A DNA stretch of 64,000 bases from Pecten maximus (taxonomy: Eukaryota): positions 27,032,001 through 27,096,000 of the forward strand of contig NC_047018.1 in the NCBI RefSeq assembly GCF_902652985.1. Reading direction: 5' to 3'. The translations under genes and the position numbers were made by a program. Position 1 is the stretch's first letter. Each line of letters starts with the position of its first letter. The notes under the pieces were generated by a model, which worked only from the letters and a program-made list of their open reading frames with translations, ran no database searches and was not told the origin of the DNA. Positions 54,501 to 64,000 of this stretch are shown here, in pieces.

Positions 54501-55985
54501 ACTTAATTGCAGTATTTTTTTTTTGTACATCTTGATCGGCTGCCATTGCAAAACTGTGAACACATTACCGTCCTGACAATGCTTACTTAGCAAATGGAAC
54601 TCAGTTTAATAGATGAGCATCTACATTGCATATGAAAATATTTTTTAACTATGATAGAGCAACATATATTCATTTCAACAGAGTTGGAATAACATTTGTA
54701 ATTTAAAAGCACAGATTTTTCCACAACAATATTTCAAAACAAAAATATAGTATGTATCATACATATGTATAGATATCTTTCATGCACCTTTAGAGAGATT
54801 AAGTCTGGTGTTTAATAGAACAAAATGGAATGGCACTTGTGTTCTTAGAAAATCACACATATACACAACACATAATCCCCAAACATTATACAAGATCATT
54901 GTTATGATTCTTTGTTTCTTTTGAGCAACACTAGATTTTGGTTTACATCATGATCACAAACTAAATTAATTGCCGTTATCCATTATTTAAATAAAATACT
55001 GCTTAAGTAACATGTTTAATTGCTTTCATGGAAAGGAATCTTAATTTGAATTAAAACAAAAAATTAAAATCTATGCACCAAATCAGTAATTTCTTTGACT
55101 GTGAAATGCAAGTGACTGACTGTGAAATGCAAGTGACTCAAATGAAGTGACTGTCTGATAGACCATTAATTTGAAATGGAATGTTTATTAAGCAAAAATC
55201 AAAATAATCATATGAAATGTTTAAGATACGACTAGTCGGCAACTCGAACAGTAAAGAGGTATTGTTTGACAATATTGTATTTAACACAGATGGTACCCAG
55301 CCATGGATGGACTGGCTAGTGAGGAGCTGACAATCTCATGAGACAAGATATACTTTTATGTAGCGACTCCACAAAGGTTGAACACAATAAAATTTGGCTC
55401 CCTTCAAACGAAGTTCTTCATGTTTCACAATTGTGGATAATGCCAAAACATAACAATTTTTTTTTACCCCAACATCCCTCCCCCCAAACCCAGACAATAC
55501 ATAAAAACATTTATACTAAAATAACATGTAAAATTACAAAAAAGGTGAAAACAAATTATTAAACTACAAACATAAAAAGACACATGAGGGTTAACTAGAG
55601 TACATAAAATCACAACTCTTCATCTTGGATTAATCAGCTTTTTAGCAGTAATTGTCGTGTTAGCACTTAAATACTGCCCCTTGAGTTTCATGGAAATATA
55701 AGATCATCACAAGTTTCTCTCCCTAAATAATCTATTTGAAAGACAATGGATTATTTTCTTCTTTTAAACAATTTTTTTCGAAGAATATCTGTCAAACTTT
55801 ATTCTCATGTTTGTTAAGACAGAGAAACACACATTTTGACATCAACATAAAATCCCTGATAGTAATCTCAAATACAACTGGCTAATGTTTTTTATGAGCA
55901 CTCTCTCACCACACATAACACACACTCTTCTGTCACACAACACTTCCACACTTGAGAAAGTCTTGGTTCCTTCATCAGTCCAGTA

Positions 55986-60161
<4,176 letters not shown>

Positions 60162-62338
60162 TAGACTTGATGGTCTTCTTGGCGATAAGTTATAAAAAGC
60201 CTGATGCTCAACCTACAACACACAATATATATTGCATAAATGTCTTGGCATCTACACACTAAAGTTTTACTGTTGAATTATTATAAATTCAAATAAAATC
60301 CTCTTATTATTATCCTTTTATACCTGGTTTTGGTTTAAGAATGAAATCCCACAAATGTCCCAAGAACATCCGAGTGAGATTTAACCTCCCTCTCCCACCT
60401 AGCTTCTTCCAAGGACTGAGACTACATGTACTGAACCATACACTGTACACTTACAAAACACTAGGTTATATATGAGTATGACACCAGTTACATGCAACAG
60501 ACATAGTACCAGAAATGCCACTCTAGTGCCAAAAGCAATACATATACTAGTAGTCTTAGTATCTATACAACTGTCACTACAGACAACACTATCACATGAA
60601 TAGCATCCCAAGCAGTGGTAAAGGACTCCCACTGAGGAGGTGTTGGCATGTGATTTTGACTTCCCACAGGGCAATCCCTTTCAACCATGATCATATCTGG
60701 ACTGGCACAGTGACCATTATGATATAACTCAATGAGAAACAAAGTGAGAGTTAATTAGTAGCAAATACCTCAATTACTGGACATGTAGCAAGGTGTTGCT
60801 CAAGTGTTTATTGGTTTATGATAGTGATTACCTATTTTAACTGATGTTTGAAAAACATCAATAGCTATTAATTTAGAACTCATGAGTATATAGAAACACA
60901 AAGAAAGGTATCAAGTTCTGAAGAACTGTGTTTTTTTCATCTGTAAATTTATACAGCAGAATAAGTAACTACGAATGTACAACAGTATTTCAGGGTTCAT
61001 ATTAAAAATATATATTTAAATATATATATGTTTAAATTTAAAGTAGATGCCATACACAAGAACAAAAATATCAATCAACACCTTTAAAATTACAAGAAAG
61101 TTGGTTTTTTTAATACCCTGATAGAAATATTATAGCTTTTATTAAGAAAAAACTAGCTATTAATTTATAAATAAAAGTATGTAGATAGCTTATTATTCAC
61201 AAGATAGTATCAAAGTACACAATGTAATCAAAATTATTTCTCCTTCAAAGTAAAAATTCATGTATAAGAAATGCCATGTAAAGAACCTTGTGATAACCAA
61301 TGTTAGTTAAGTTCTTCCATTGTCTAGTTGTAACATTCATGTTCAGACTTTCATTGCTCAAATGGCTTGAATTCGAACATCTAGTCATTTACTTATATTT
61401 TACAATGCTTTCATTACTGCATATTGGAATTAGTAAAAATTTCATCATCCAAAGAAATATCAACACCATTTATACCTTCATTCATCACAGTTTGTGAGGA
61501 CCAATGATTTCACCATCAACAGACAGATTCTAAATTATATACCAATTACAATAATATATACCATGTGGTAACAGGTTTGTAATTAATTCACTATAAAGTA
61601 AGAAATTATTTTTCATTATTAGCAAAACCAATAAAAAAAAAGTTCAATCCCTCTCTGAAATTTCGAAAATTAATCCCTCTCTGAAATTTCGAAAATTAAT
61701 ATTTCAATAAATAATCAGCATCAATGAATTTCTCAAAACATATAAAAAAAATTCAACATCTTTTTTAATCTTCAAAGTCTTCTGTACACATCAAAACAGA
61801 CTGAATGACACCTAGTTCCTTCTAGAATTAATGGCTAAAAATAGCAATGTCCAGTCTATTCCTGCACAAAGAGCCAGAACATTCCAGTCAAATCCACAAA
61901 ATTTAGGATTAAGCAAAGAAAATATCTAGAACTAGAAGATAACATTTATTTCTAAATATGTTATTGTAATTAAAAATATAAACGAACTTAGAAAGTTTAC
62001 TTAAATTATGAAAAATGTACACAAAGACCTGAACCAGTATTGTTATTACTTACCTCCAACATTTTCGTCAAACTTGTGTTGTCAATTGATAAACAACTAT
62101 TTAACTTGAAACACAAACGTGCGCTATTCCAGATATTATCACTAAAACTGCATTCGCTTAAATCCGTTGACCAACTAAGACTGTCCGAAGGTCCAAAGAC
62201 CTGAAATCGTTTCTTACTACAATCCGTCCATTTTCCTTCACTCACAAACTAGAACAGGGTTCATACGTCAGCAAGACTGTTTATATATCAGGGATCCGTG
62301 TCACGCGACGTGGCCTACGATCTGACTGGCTGACTCAC

Positions 62339-62420
62339 CGTGTTTATGTACGCAGATGCAGCCAACTGTAGCGACCGTGATTATAATATCGGTGTGTTTA
62401 CATCCGCCATGGAGGTCACC
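62339..62420 (-). other. Putative MNK 5' leader exon containing a 9-codon uORF
   Basis: CpG-rich stretch with donor ACG|GTGAGT at 62339/62338 and ccATGG uORF at 62410-62381. Confidence 0.5.
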
Positions 62421-63087
62421 CGGAGTTATACATGGAAATGTTAGGTTTTGAGCGCAAAAAGAAAATGCAAAAATGTCACCTAACAGCATAAACAACACAG
62501 AAATGTATAGAAATCGCTAAAGACATGACAAAAAAGGACGAACATTACCTCTATCATGATGCAATGAAATAAACTGTAAACAATGCCACAACTCCCGCCA
62601 AGCACTCATCCATCTTCGCAAAACAAACCAATCGTCCAATCCCGGTATACGGAATTTCACGATAACATTTTGGTTACACAGAAAACTTAAAATATCCATA
62701 AATATTGATCAATATTAGTAAATTCAACATAATATACTTAAATATGACTATTTTATGCTTAAATATTCAAATTTGTCGAAAAAGAAAATGTATAAATGGA
62801 TATATTACTTGAGCGTTTGAAACCGACAGCATTTTAACACTGCCAACAAAGAACAAAAAGAACACCGATCAACCGAAAAACACAGGAGAGTGTGGAGTCG
62901 AAAATGGATCTCCCTAATCCACCTGAAGGTAATTAGCAGCTGATTTGACTACTCATCCGCAATTTCTGTTGTTGTTTAAGCAATAATTGTTATACTGTTT
63001 GAACTATACAGGATTATTTGCCATTTAATCCAGTGAATCACAAGAAAACGTCGGAATATTGGAGGGGGGGGGGGGGGGGGGGGGGGG

Positions 63088-63317
63088 TGCAAATTACAAT
63101 AAATGAATGAATTGTTAAGTGTTAAAAGTGTCATTCTCAGAAAGTTAACATTTGTTATACAGTTTGTAACTCTCGGTGTATTCACGCTATTTAAAGGTTT
63201 TTAAAGGCAAATTACAATAAATGAATGAATTGTTAAGTGTTAAAAGTGTCATTCTCAGAAAGTTAACATTTGTTATACAGTTTGTAACTCTCGGTGTATT
63301 CACGCTATTTAAAGGTT
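63088..63317. repeat. Tandem duplication, ~118-bp unit x2, next to a poly-G tract
   Basis: gcaaattacaataaatgaatg…gctatttaaaggtt occurs twice. Confidence 0.9.
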
Positions 63318-63879
63318 GCACTGAATCTCTCAACAAATTCTCTAAACTAGTCGTGAAAATAGCTTTAATCGGGTGGGTCCTACAGTCCGCCGATCGACCT
63401 ATACTGTAGTTCAATTCAGCTATTCAAAGCATGAGCTATACTCAATAGCACAGGCATATACCCAATGAAATACTGTACAACATTACAGAATTCGACTAAT
63501 TTGCCTCTGCAACTGCACCTGTTTCCAGTGCATCACTTCGACATTACACACATGGCGGCAAAGTTATCTTAAAAGGTACTGCAAGTTTACCATTGATATT
63601 GTGTGACTTTTCTGAATCCTAGTTTCCTAAAATATTCCAGTGACTCAAGTCTTAATTGGTGCATAGCAACTGATTCCTCAACAATAGATAACTACCGGGG
63701 GAGAGGTATTATAAATACAACCTTGAAAAAAAGTTGATGCTTGACTAACTTTTCAACTTGTATCTTATTCTTGAGACATTTAGAATTATATATCTAGTCC
63801 TATATATGGCAATCAGCTCTTGAACAAGAATTACAACTTGACAATGATTTAAAGTTAATATCAATTAAAATTTCAATAT

Positions 63880-64000
63880 GTTTTTAGGTCACATGAGACA
63901 AAATCTCAAGTGACTTTTTCCAGTTGCCTTTTGTCCGATGTTGTTTGTCATCCCACTGTAAATAATTTTCATTTTCGACTTCTTCATATAAAAACCCTGA
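63880..64000 (+). mobile_element. 5' end of a HINE-like element (runs off the window)
   Basis: tttttaggtcacatgaga..tctcaagtgac hairpin start followed by a gtccg/gtc tract and ttcgacttcttc, similar in layout to the other HINE-like copies. Confidence 0.4.

Overview
Eukaryotic, AT-rich invertebrate genomic DNA with one assembly gap; the repeat landscape suggests a bivalve mollusc (inference). Four protein-coding genes can be reconstructed. Two are divergent RING-Bbox-Bbox-coiled-coil-NHL (TRIM-NHL) E3 ligases arranged tail-to-tail: 10078-12786 (+, single coding exon) and 25750-22283 (-, two coding exons). The others are a 9-exon phosphoglucomutase (PGM1, 29608-44384, +) head-to-head with the second TRIM, and a MAPK-interacting kinase (MKNK/MNK, 60161-55986, -, six coding exons). 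Between and within these genes are two decayed copies of one mariner transposon, several MITE/Helentron-like elements, a CR1-like LINE fragment, a possible DIRS/Ngaro remnant and four minisatellite arrays (36, 34, 33 and 15 bp units). These arrays explain most of the long spurious ORFs. The most notable observations: (i) a 159-bp solo-LTR-like element with TG..CA ends, a 4-bp TSD and an internal tRNA-like Pol III cassette (Helenus-type TRIM); (ii) a 33-bp minisatellite grown across a splice donor of the minus-strand TRIM, whose duplicated donors are in frame and could add an RGG-rich N-terminus; (iii) a minisatellite block carrying about 16 tandem AATAAA signals between the convergent TRIM genes; (iv) an in-frame uORF in the MNK leader. 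No clearly new multi-gene system can be demonstrated from sequence alone.
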